This document shows positions 19,420 through 27,061 of a stretch of DNA of 64,000 nt, in pieces (the first letter of the stretch is position 1; the number at the start of each line of letters is the position of its first letter). Location of the stretch: IMG/VR virus record IMGVR_UViG_3300005611_000001. One strand, 5' to 3'. Both the position numbers and the translations under genes were made by a program. The notes beneath the pieces are model-generated. The model saw nothing but the letters and a program-made list of their open reading frames with translations. It did not search any database and was not told where the DNA came from. Source of the DNA: a virus (taxonomy: Duplodnaviria > Caudoviricetes).

Positions 19420-20195
19420 TGACTACGATTGTAGTTGCGGGTCTTGGTCCTGTTGGTACTGCTGTATCTACAGCGCTTAAGAATCATCCCGATGTAGAAG
19501 TGTTTCTTGACGATCCCTACAAAGGGCATGCGTTTCCCGATGATCGCGTCGAGACTGTCGATGCTGTTGTGGTCTGTGTTGCTACTCCCATGGACGAAGA
19601 CGGCTCTTGTTATACTCAAAACATTTCTGATGTTTTTCGTAAGTATGGCAATGTGAAGTATCTGGTGAAGTCTACGACTAATCCGCTGTTCTTCCGCCAC
19701 TACAATCATCTTGATATCACCTTCAGCCCTGAGTATCTGCGTGGTACGACTGGTGCTGATCCGACTCAGGAGTTTATTCACTCTGAGTTTGCAGTGTATG
19801 GTGGCGGTTCTATGCGCTGGTGGCACGAAGTTTTCGTACCTGTGCTGCCTAATCTAAAAGATGTGCGCTTCATGACTGCAGAGCAGGCTGCGTTTGCAAA
19901 GTATTTCATGAACTGCTTCCTTGCGACTAAGGTGACTTTCTTTAACCAAGCATTTGAGATTTACTCTAAGTGCGGTGGCAAAGACTTCGATATTGTGATC
20001 GACGGGCTGTGTCTTGATCCTCGTGTGGGGCGTTCACATACGCAAGTGCCTGGTCCTGATGGCGCGTTTGGTTTTGGGGGTCACTGCTTTCCGAAAGACA
20101 TGAATGCTCTGATGCGTCTTGGCGAGAAAGCTGGTGCAAATGTTGACTTTATGAAAGCGACGCTTGAGACAAATGAACGACAGCGAAACTCGTAG
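19419..20195 (+). CDS. ugd: UDP-glucose 6-dehydrogenase (compact form)
   Basis: GLGPVG, VCVATP, LVKST, FSPEYLR, AKYFMNCFLATKVTFFN, catalytic GFGGHCFPKD. Confidence 0.85.
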   Translation: MTTIVVAGLGPVGTAVSTALKNHPDVEVFLDDPYKGHAFPDDRVETVDAVVVCVATPMDEDGSCYTQNISDVFRKYGNVKYLVKSTTNPLFFRHYNHLDITFSPEYLRGTTGADPTQEFIHSEFAVYGGGSMRWWHEVFVPVLPNLKDVRFMTAEQAAFAKYFMNCFLATKVTFFNQAFEIYSKCGGKDFDIVIDGLCLDPRVGRSHTQVPGPDGAFGFGGHCFPKDMNALMRLGEKAGANVDFMKATLETNERQRNS

Positions 20196-20343
20196 TTACA
20201 CTCTAGAAGTTCAAGAAGATTCTGACGGGCAATTTCTAGTTCTGCCCGAAGAAGAACTGAAAGCGCTTGACTGGAAAGAGGGTGATGAGATAGAATGGAT
20301 TGATAATTCAAACGGTACATGGACTCTTCGTAAAAAGGTATAA
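20173..20343 (+). CDS. AbrB/SpoVT-like small protein, 56 aa (not in ORF track)
   Basis: Hand translation contains FLVLPEEELKALDWKEGDEIEW. Confidence 0.65.
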   Translation: MNDSETRSYTLEVQEDSDGQFLVLPEEELKALDWKEGDEIEWIDNSNGTWTLRKKV

Positions 20344-20346
20344 GTT

Positions 20347-20571
20347 ATGAGCGATACAAGCGATTACAGTTTGAGAGTTACTTGGGATCAAGTTGATCAT
20401 ATTATCACCAGCGAACTTCGCTGGTCTTATGATAGCATGAAGGCCGATCTTGAAAGGCGTCGAGAAGGTGGAGGTACAGCGATCTTCCATACTGATCTTG
20501 AGCAAGATGTCAAAGCAATAGAAGAGCATGTTCATGCGCTGAAACTTATTCTTGATTGGTTTGGTGGTTAA
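20347..20571 (+). CDS. Hypothetical protein
   Basis: Tiled ORF. Confidence 0.6.
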   Translation: MSDTSDYSLRVTWDQVDHIITSELRWSYDSMKADLERRREGGGTAIFHTDLEQDVKAIEEHVHALKLILDWFGG

Positions 20572-20573
20572 AA

Positions 20574-20581
20574 TATAAATA
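20574..20581 (+). promoter_or_regulatory. T4-type late promoter
   Basis: Exact TATAAATA, followed by 9-bp hairpin 20581-20605 covering AAGG. Confidence 0.65.
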
Positions 20582-20610
20582 GTCTTAAGTTCTTCACTTA
20601 AGGCTGTTCT

Positions 20611-21201
20611 ATGTCTATTGCAGATTTTTTTGAAAAAAATAGATATGCTTATATCAAAAATGCCCTGCCTTTACATAAGTGTGATCAGTATGTAAAGGCA
20701 TTGTGGGCTTCAAAATCAATGAAAAATTGTGCTCAATGTCCAGGCTCTACATCATCATATACCGAGTGGCCGTTGGCTAGAGTACACTACAAAATGGTTC
20801 CTGAACTATCAAGCATTTTAGGCATTGATCTTGCACCAACATACGTTTTTTCTAGAATATATAAAAAGGGCTCTGATTTGGAAAAACACAAAGACCGCCC
20901 TTCTTGTGAGATATCTACAACTTTGACTTTGGGTGTTTCAAATCCAAATTCAAATTGGCCAATATACTTTCAAACAAAAGACGGCAACAAGGCATTTAAT
21001 ATTTCTGTCGGTGATATGGTCGCGTACAGAGGAGAAGAATTGTGGCATTGGCGCGATCCATTACAAGATGATTGGCAAGTACAAGTCTTTTTTCATTTCA
21101 TTGACAAGAACGGTCCTCATTATCCAAAATTTTTAAATGATCGAGGAAGAAACGATAGAATGTATGAATTGGTTGCTGAAAGTTTAAAATTAAATACTTG
21201 A
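20611..21201 (+). CDS. 2OG-Fe(II) oxygenase
   Basis: LEKHKDRPSCEIS (HxD), HWRDPL, QVFFHF. Confidence 0.75.
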   Translation: MSIADFFEKNRYAYIKNALPLHKCDQYVKALWASKSMKNCAQCPGSTSSYTEWPLARVHYKMVPELSSILGIDLAPTYVFSRIYKKGSDLEKHKDRPSCEISTTLTLGVSNPNSNWPIYFQTKDGNKAFNISVGDMVAYRGEELWHWRDPLQDDWQVQVFFHFIDKNGPHYPKFLNDRGRNDRMYELVAESLKLNT

Positions 21202-21217
21202 AAAGAGATGGATTGAT

Positions 21218-21475
21218 ATGGCGATTAGTGAACATGAAAGTGCAAATTATCATGCAATTACTGATGCGATAGTATCTCGTCGTTCTAAAATTAAATGGTT
21301 ATTAAAAATTCATAATGATAATGCATCGAAGTATTTTGATAGTCTTCTTTCTTATGAGTTTCGAAATGAGTTACAAGAGTACGCTGAAGAAATAAAAGAA
21401 TTAGAGATCCTTCTTTGGAAATTTGAATTGCCCTTACCTCCGGAAAAAATTAATCCAGTGGGATACGAAGCTTAA
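21218..21475 (+). CDS. Hypothetical protein
   Basis: AT-rich ORF with SD-like GGA. Confidence 0.5.
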   Translation: MAISEHESANYHAITDAIVSRRSKIKWLLKIHNDNASKYFDSLLSYEFRNELQEYAEEIKELEILLWKFELPLPPEKINPVGYEA

Positions 21476-21530
21476 TCTTTTTTAACATGGAAATAAATTA
21501 TGAAAGCAGGTAAAGTTTGGGGTACTACTG

Positions 21531-21800
21531 ATGACATTGTTCGGAGAACCGTTGGACAAAAAATCGATTGACTCTGATCTAAAAGCCCTGTACTCTTCTG
21601 TGCAGGGCAAAGTTGATCGTCATCTAGTCGAAGCGCTGGCTGATATTCGAAATGGTAAAGACCCCGAGGTTGTGCTGCGTAAGTTCAGCCGACTTGCAAC
21701 AAACACTCTTATTCATGGCCCCACAAAAGTAATTCGCGATCAAGACAATCCTGAACTGATCAAAAAAATCATAGGTATTGAAAATGAAGATAAATCATAG
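21531..21800 (+). CDS. Stand-alone glutamyl-tRNA reductase dimerisation-domain-like protein
   Basis: EALADIRNGKDPEVVLRKFSRLATNTLIHGPTKVIR resembles the HemA C-terminal A..L..G.D.E.VL.....LTNKLLH.PT pattern. Confidence 0.6.
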   Translation: MTLFGEPLDKKSIDSDLKALYSSVQGKVDRHLVEALADIRNGKDPEVVLRKFSRLATNTLIHGPTKVIRDQDNPELIKKIIGIENEDKS

Positions 21801-22077
21801 TAATGCAATTTTTGACCTTGAGCAAGAATTTATTAACTGCTGGGAAATCATCGATGATGTGAAAATGATTACAGATTACTTCACAGATGATCCGAAGTGG
21901 AAAGAGATGGATCCTGTTCTTGCAGATGCTCTGATGAATAAATACTATGGGCTTGCAGAAGTCTATGAACTTAGAATGCAGAAAGCATGGAACACCTTTG
22001 AAACTGTCTGCCGTGAATATCACGCAGCCAGACGCGCATCAAAACAAACTTACGGAGTCGAGCATGAAAGCGATTAA
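21784..22077 (+). CDS. Hypothetical protein
   Basis: Tiled ORF. Confidence 0.6.
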   Translation: MKINHSNAIFDLEQEFINCWEIIDDVKMITDYFTDDPKWKEMDPVLADALMNKYYGLAEVYELRMQKAWNTFETVCREYHAARRASKQTYGVEHESD

Positions 22078-22276
22078 GAACTATTTCAAGACCCTCTTTC
22101 TTGAAGAGTATCAGGTTGTCATTTGGAATGACGGCGCTGATGATCGCACCATTTATGCTCTGAAAAAGATTGAGAAGATCGATTCGAACAATCTGGTCGG
22201 CGTTCTCACCACCGGTGAAAGATTCGAAATGTGTGTCCAAACACCTTTCAATTTCACCGTTAAAAAGATTCATTGA
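22064..22276 (+). CDS. Hypothetical protein
   Basis: SD GGAG before ATG 22064. Confidence 0.55.
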   Translation: MKAIKNYFKTLFLEEYQVVIWNDGADDRTIYALKKIEKIDSNNLVGVLTTGERFEMCVQTPFNFTVKKIH

Positions 22277-22418
22277 TATCGATATATCAAAATATTCTAA
22301 ACTTTTTTATGAATATTTCATGAAAGTCTAAGACAACCTTTATACATAATTGCGTGTAGAAAAGTAACACTACACACCGCCATCCCCCACAAACAAATAT
22401 TTTTGGAGAATTTTTCAA

Positions 22419-22619
22419 ATGAAAAATCTAGTTGCGTTCGTCTGTCTTTTTGCCTCTGCTGGTGCTCTTGCTGTCACTGATTCTTATGTTGCTCGCCTGA
22501 ATGACCAAGGTGAGTACTGCGCTAAAATTAATGTTGGTATCGTTACCCCCTACTTCAAGACCAAGTGCTATACGCTTGAGCAGTGGGAAGAGAACGGTTT
22601 CACGGTCGAAGTTAAATAA
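22419..22619 (+). CDS. Small secreted protein
   Basis: Signal peptide MKNLVAFVCLFASAGALA; two Cys; SD GGAG. Confidence 0.65.
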   Translation: MKNLVAFVCLFASAGALAVTDSYVARLNDQGEYCAKINVGIVTPYFKTKCYTLEQWEENGFTVEVK

Positions 22620-22640
22620 GAGGTTGCGATCAGATAATCA

Positions 22641-22874
22641 ATGGCAAACACATTTAAGTTTTATCTTCCTTTAATAGTAATTTTTGCTCTTTGCGTTTTC
22701 GGTCTGTTCGCGCCTGTAATCTACAGCGATGTGTACGGTGAGATTCTGAACAACTCACCAACGCTTTACATGCCGATGGTGAATGTTGATTATCTGACCA
22801 ATGAAATGTGCAATGATCCCACCAAACTGCACTATGTTCTTTGCGGTCTTGATGACTTGAATACTGTAGCATAA
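22641..22874 (+). CDS. Small membrane protein
   Basis: N-terminal TM helix; SD GAGG. Confidence 0.55.
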   Translation: MANTFKFYLPLIVIFALCVFGLFAPVIYSDVYGEILNNSPTLYMPMVNVDYLTNEMCNDPTKLHYVLCGLDDLNTVA

Positions 22875-22886
22875 TCGGTTATACTA

Positions 22887-23272
22887 TATACTATAGAACG
22901 CACTGCTTTGATCTAGAAGTGGCAAAGGCTACAATCAGACTAAGATCCCTCCATTAGGAGGGTACGCGGGGGAGGATCCCGCAGGCAGTGCGTCTCTTTA
23001 GAGTATAGATTGGGCAGAGCGAACATAACTTGGAACATAAACTCGTTGCTTCCAAGTGACTGACCGATTCCTAAGCGAGGTGCGGAATCCTAGCAATCTA
23101 TAAAGTCCTAAGGATTTAAAATCCTGGGCAGATTAATCACCGTGCGTGAAACTCGTTTCGGTTTGATTAGCAGCGGGTGGAAGCCCCGCACCTTTTTAGA
23201 ATAGGCACTGAGTATGCTTAAGCATCAGTTAGTCCTGTAGAGTCGCAATCTTGGGCAACAGTGTCTGTTCTA
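22887..23272 (+). ncRNA. Cluster of unidentified structured RNA domains
   Basis: ORF-free; helices 22898-906/22985-993, 23004-012/23094-102, 23133-139/23164-170, 23197-210/23259-272 plus many inner hairpins. Confidence 0.6.
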
Positions 23273-23273
23273 A

Positions 23274-23580
23274 TTTATTCGATGAAGCGGAGAGAAAGGT
23301 GATCTGGACAGAGGTTCAACTCCTCTCACCTCCACCAAAAGCACATACGCTGGATATGCAGATAGCATATTGAGACATAAGAAACATCAGGTATGTGCTT
23401 TTGATGGGGGTGTACTGGTTTCGACAGGTGCTAAGTATCAAAGTGGAGAATCGTCAAGCGCTGACGCTAAACAGAGCAACCTAAAATAAACGCAAACGAT
23501 GACGTTTATACCGAGGACTTTGCGCTAGCAGCGTAAACCTCGCGGGGTTCGCCGGAGCCTTGTTACCCAAGTCCGGCACT
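23274..23580 (+). ncRNA. ssrA: Circularly permuted (two-piece) tmRNA
   Basis: T-arm AGAGG-TTCAACT-CCTCT and CACCTCC-ACCA (ends 23337) lie upstream of the GGGGGTG...TTCGAC 5' end (23406); acceptor stem has G3.U70 and A73; tag ORF 23492-23536 ANDDVYTEDFALAA*; outer boundaries approximate. Confidence 0.9.
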
Positions 23581-23929
23581 AATTCGGAGAAATCTACAAA
23601 TGAAACCATTCAGTCAATACATTACAGAGTATAATGATGAAACTCTTGTGAAGAAGATAAAGCACCCTAGTGGGACCGTTTTAATGATCTCTCGCTACAA
23701 GAACGGACCCGATGAAGGTAAGTACATTGTTCGTGTATCCAAGAGTAATTATGAACGTGGAAAGCAGAATCGCACGATGCGAGCTATACACGATAAGCCT
23801 CTCGATGCAGAAGCAGCCGTCGCCCTTTTTAATAAAAGAAAGAAATCGATCTGGAAGAAAAAATGAAATCATTTCGACAGTTCTTCGCCTGGCGGCGTAA
23901 ACTTCGCGGGGTCGGCACTAATTCGGAGA
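23531..23929 (+). repeat. Direct repeat of tmRNA-gene 3' end flanking one ORF
   Basis: 23531-48 vs 23895-912 (17/18 identical) and 23574-90 vs 23913-29 (17/17). Confidence 0.8.
23600..23866 (+). CDS. Hypothetical basic protein with capsid-targeting-like N-terminus
   Basis: MKPFSQYITE; SD GGAG. Confidence 0.6.
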   Translation: MKPFSQYITEYNDETLVKKIKHPSGTVLMISRYKNGPDEGKYIVRVSKSNYERGKQNRTMRAIHDKPLDAEAAVALFNKRKKSIWKKK

Positions 23930-23935
23930 GAGTGA

Positions 23936-24625
23936 GTGCGAACATTACTGATTAGTGATGTACATATTGGGTTCAAGTTTTCTAGAGCCAAAGATGCAGT
24001 GACTGTTCTTGAAAAAGAAAAGTTTGACAGACTGATATTAGTTGGTGACATTTTTGATATTCAAAATATGATGCATCGTGCATACTGGGATGAACATCAC
24101 ACTGCCTTCCTTAAGAAAATCCTCAAACTGGCTAAGAAAAAAGAAGTCATTTATGTAATTGGCAATCACGATTATCCTCTCTATCATCTACAAGAATACA
24201 CCAAGAAAATAGCAGGCATTCATCTATGCCGAGAGTACACTTACACTTCGGGTGACAAGACAATTCACTGTGTTCACGGTGACCAGTTTGATTCTGTCTC
24301 GCGCAAGATTCAAGTTCTTGGTGATTTCTTCTATAATATGCTTCTGCATCTAAATCGTTTGATTGGCAGAATTCAGACACTGTTCGGATTCAAGTATCGC
24401 TCTTTTAGCAAGTGGTGCAAAGACAAGGTTAAGAACACGATCAGCAAAGCATTCTCAATTGAAGAGAAACTGCATGCAATAGATAATGTTGATGTTGTGA
24501 TTTACGGGCATACTCATATGCCTTATATTAGCGACACTCTTATCAACACGGGCACCTTTGTTGAGATTGCAACTTATGTCATTGAAGAGAACGGTGTGTT
24601 CGAACTAAAGGATTTGGATAAATGA
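23936..24625 (+). CDS. PlcP/LpxH2-like metallophosphoesterase
   Basis: ISDVHIG, LVGDIFD, GNHD, VHGDQFD, SFSKWCKDKVK, YGHTH, INTG. Confidence 0.8.
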   Translation: MRTLLISDVHIGFKFSRAKDAVTVLEKEKFDRLILVGDIFDIQNMMHRAYWDEHHTAFLKKILKLAKKKEVIYVIGNHDYPLYHLQEYTKKIAGIHLCREYTYTSGDKTIHCVHGDQFDSVSRKIQVLGDFFYNMLLHLNRLIGRIQTLFGFKYRSFSKWCKDKVKNTISKAFSIEEKLHAIDNVDVVIYGHTHMPYISDTLINTGTFVEIATYVIEENGVFELKDLDK

Positions 24626-25335
24626 AAGATTTGGTGACTATTGTAGTCCCTTGTAAGAACGAAGAAAAGTATATTCAATACTTGCTGTGTCATTTAGCCT
24701 CACAAGAAGATGCAAAGGGTGTTCGGATTATCATTGCGGATGCTTCGACCGATTCTACGCGTAGAATCATAAAAGAGTACGGTAAACTGTACGAGTTGAA
24801 TTATGAGATTATCGAAGGCGGTCCTGTGTCTGTCGCGAAGAATAATGGTGCTGCGCTGGTCAAGACTCCATATACTTTGTTTATCGACGCTGATGTACAA
24901 TTCTTTTCAAGAACAGTAATCAAAGATACTATTGCTCAGATGATCGACGAAGACCTTGATTTAATTGGTCTGAATATCAAATGCTACGATAAAGACATTG
25001 TGGCTAAGATTGGATTCTTCTCTTTCAATATCGTCAATCGTATTATGTCGAACTTTATTCCGTTCGCAGTAGGCGCTTACTTTCTTACGAAAACATCAAA
25101 GTTCCGTGAACTAGGTGGATTCCCAAATAAGTATGTTACGAGCGAAGATTTCTTTTTAAGTAAGATGTACGATCATAAACGATTTAGAATCGCAAAACAT
25201 TATTTTGGGCAAGATAGTAGGCGATTCAAGAAGATGGGATATTTTGGTATGCTAGGATATCTTATCCAAAACTTCTTGAATCGCAACAATAAAAAGTATT
25301 GGGAAGAGAAAGACTTCTCTAAGTACTGGGACTAA
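24622..25335 (+). CDS. Glycosyltransferase family 2
   Basis: IVVPCKNEE, IIADAS, AKNNGA, FIDAD, LGGF, SEDF. Confidence 0.85.
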   Translation: MKDLVTIVVPCKNEEKYIQYLLCHLASQEDAKGVRIIIADASTDSTRRIIKEYGKLYELNYEIIEGGPVSVAKNNGAALVKTPYTLFIDADVQFFSRTVIKDTIAQMIDEDLDLIGLNIKCYDKDIVAKIGFFSFNIVNRIMSNFIPFAVGAYFLTKTSKFRELGGFPNKYVTSEDFFLSKMYDHKRFRIAKHYFGQDSRRFKKMGYFGMLGYLIQNFLNRNNKKYWEEKDFSKYWD

Positions 25336-25641
25336 CTATTTGAGATAAGTTACTTGCTCAACTCTACACATTTGAGTTTCGCCATTTACGCTCATTTCGA
25401 AATGTGCATTCTTATGAACTCTGCTTTGCTTAATGCCAAACTTCGTTCTTTCATCAAAAACGATTGACACAGAAGCACCTTCTAAGTTATGATTGTTGCA
25501 TGTATGATCAATTTCCCACGCAGCATTTCGATCCGAAACATATATCTTTTCTGATCCAACTTGCCAAGTTTGCGATTGTTTTACGGGAAAGTTTGCATAT
25601 GCGCACGGTGTTAAGAGTAATATAAGTAGTAATGCTTTCAT
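25336..25641 (-). CDS. Secreted protein, the only credible minus-strand gene
   Basis: Start reassigned to MKALLLILLLTPCAYA (signal peptide) with GGAG SD; two Cys in mature part. Confidence 0.55.
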   Translation of the reverse strand: MKALLLILLLTPCAYANFPVKQSQTWQVGSEKIYVSDRNAAWEIDHTCNNHNLEGASVSIVFDERTKFGIKQSRVHKNAHFEMSVNGETQMCRVEQVTYLK

Positions 25642-25699
25642 GGTTATACTCCATATTAACTGAGTGTATATAGTATATATACGAAATGAGACTTTCATA

Positions 25700-25855
25700 A
25701 TGCATAAAAAAGAAAAAAATGACCAATTACTGGTCAAGATCAATAAAGAGACGAAGAAGAAGTTTATCGAACTTTGTGAGAAAGACGATACTACTGCGAG
25801 CCGAGAAGTTCGAAAGTTTATCGAACGATACATTGAAGGCTTTATTGACGAATGA
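25700..25855 (+). CDS. Ribbon-helix-helix (CopG/Arc-like) DNA-binding protein
   Basis: QLLVKINKETKKKFIELCEKDDTTASREVRKFIERY. Confidence 0.6.
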   Translation: MHKKEKNDQLLVKINKETKKKFIELCEKDDTTASREVRKFIERYIEGFIDE

Positions 25856-26079
25856 CTTTAGAGCAACTGATCGAAATAGCCAAAGAAGTCGAGGTTGCTG
25901 ATCCCTTTGACTGGGCGGATGTGGCTATCGGCGAAGACGAAGCGTACCGTCTCATGGCGATGAATTTGATAGGCGAAGACTTGACACCAGAGATCATGCT
26001 TGCTACAATTGTGAAGTTGTGTGTTGAGAACCTTGTGCTGAATCTGAGACTGTTGCAAAATGAAACCAAAGTTCCTTAA
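25852..26079 (+). CDS. Hypothetical acidic protein
   Basis: Coupled ORF. Confidence 0.6.
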   Translation: MTLEQLIEIAKEVEVADPFDWADVAIGEDEAYRLMAMNLIGEDLTPEIMLATIVKLCVENLVLNLRLLQNETKVP

Positions 26080-26545
26080 TGCTTTTATGGATACCGCGCA
26101 TCGCTTTGCGCAACTGAGTACTGCTCGCCGCGCCAAAGTCGGCGCTATTATCGTCAAAGACTCTCGGATCATATCCATCGGCTACAACGGCATGCCTGCA
26201 GGCTGGGACAACAACTGCGAGCATGAAGACTGGCCAGACTGGATCGAAAACAACCCCAAAGCACTCCGTGACCCGGCTTACCTGCGTCTCCAGACGAAGG
26301 ACGAGGTACTTCATGCTGAGACTAATGCTATTGCAAAGGTAGCGCGTAGCGCTGAATCCTGTGAGGGTGCGACGATGTTCTGCACTCACCTACCCTGCAT
26401 TCAGTGTGCCAAACTGATCTACCAGAGCGGCATCGCATGTGTCTATTATGATAACGATTATCATTCAGCGGTAGGTGTCGGCAAAGAGTTTCTGCTACGC
26501 TCAGGCGTACGCACGATCCACTGGCCAATGAAATCAATGACTTAG
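26060..26545 (+). CDS. cd: dCMP deaminase
   Basis: KVGAIIVK, SIGYNG, LHAETNAI, PCIQCAK. Confidence 0.93.
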   Translation: MKPKFLNAFMDTAHRFAQLSTARRAKVGAIIVKDSRIISIGYNGMPAGWDNNCEHEDWPDWIENNPKALRDPAYLRLQTKDEVLHAETNAIAKVARSAESCEGATMFCTHLPCIQCAKLIYQSGIACVYYDNDYHSAVGVGKEFLLRSGVRTIHWPMKSMT

Positions 26546-26593
26546 CGGGCTGACGAACGGGCATTGACAATCCATGGTCGGATATGAGATAAT
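26532..26593 (+). promoter_or_regulatory. Early sigma70-like promoter with upstream IHF-consensus site
   Basis: AATCAATGACTTA 26532-44; TTGACA 26564; GATAAT 26588. Confidence 0.6.
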
Positions 26594-26620
26594 TCTCATG
26601 TATTTGGTCTGGAGATACCT

Positions 26621-27061
26621 ATGATCGATATCACCATTCAAGGTCGGATCAAGAACAAGTCTCTTGTCCGATTCTATATCGAATCCCTCATTCACGAGCT
26701 TGGCATGGGTAAGATGCGCAAGCCTGAGATTCTGGTCAAGTTTCGTACTAACGCTGGTGGCGCGTTCGGGCTGTGTGACGGCGCGAAGGGTGAGTACGCT
26801 GTCATCCACATCGCTCGTACCTGCCCTATCACTCAGCGCAAGCTTGGCTTTCTTGAAATGATGCAGACTCTCGCCCACGAAATGGTGCATGCGCGCCAGT
26901 TCATTCGTGGTGAGTTAAAGAACGAGTGTGGCTGGGCATGGAAGGGGCGCAGGGCTGACGGCTACAACTATGACAATCAGCCCTGGGAAAAAGAAGCGTT
27001 TCGTCTTGAAAAGAAACTATTCATGAAGTGCTTCCCTCACTTTGCAGACTTCACTAACTAA
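26621..27061 (+). CDS. HExxH metallopeptidase-like protein
   Basis: TLAHEMVHARQ, QPWEKEA. Confidence 0.65.
   Translation: MIDITIQGRIKNKSLVRFYIESLIHELGMGKMRKPEILVKFRTNAGGAFGLCDGAKGEYAVIHIARTCPITQRKLGFLEMMQTLAHEMVHARQFIRGELKNECGWAWKGRRADGYNYDNQPWEKEAFRLEKKLFMKCFPHFADFTN

Noticed and set aside
20267-20296. TTGACT-18-TAGAAT promoter-like sequence
   Set aside because: Lies inside the AbrB-like ORF 20173-20343 and is explained by codons (LDWKEGDEIE)
23100-23110. AAAGTCC resembling RNase P RNA conserved region I
   Set aside because: No GAGGAAAGUCC context and no matching P4 3' strand or other conserved regions found
23173-23192. T-arm-like hairpin followed by ACC, possible tRNA
   Set aside because: No acceptor, D or anticodon arms can be built; kept only as part of the unknown RNA island
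23208-23228. CTGAGTA + small stem resembling a hammerhead core
   Set aside because: Not CUGANGA and no GAAA after the stem
25642-25833. N-terminal extension of the 165-aa minus-strand ORF
   Set aside because: Overlaps the RHH gene; the signal peptide and SD fit a start at 25641
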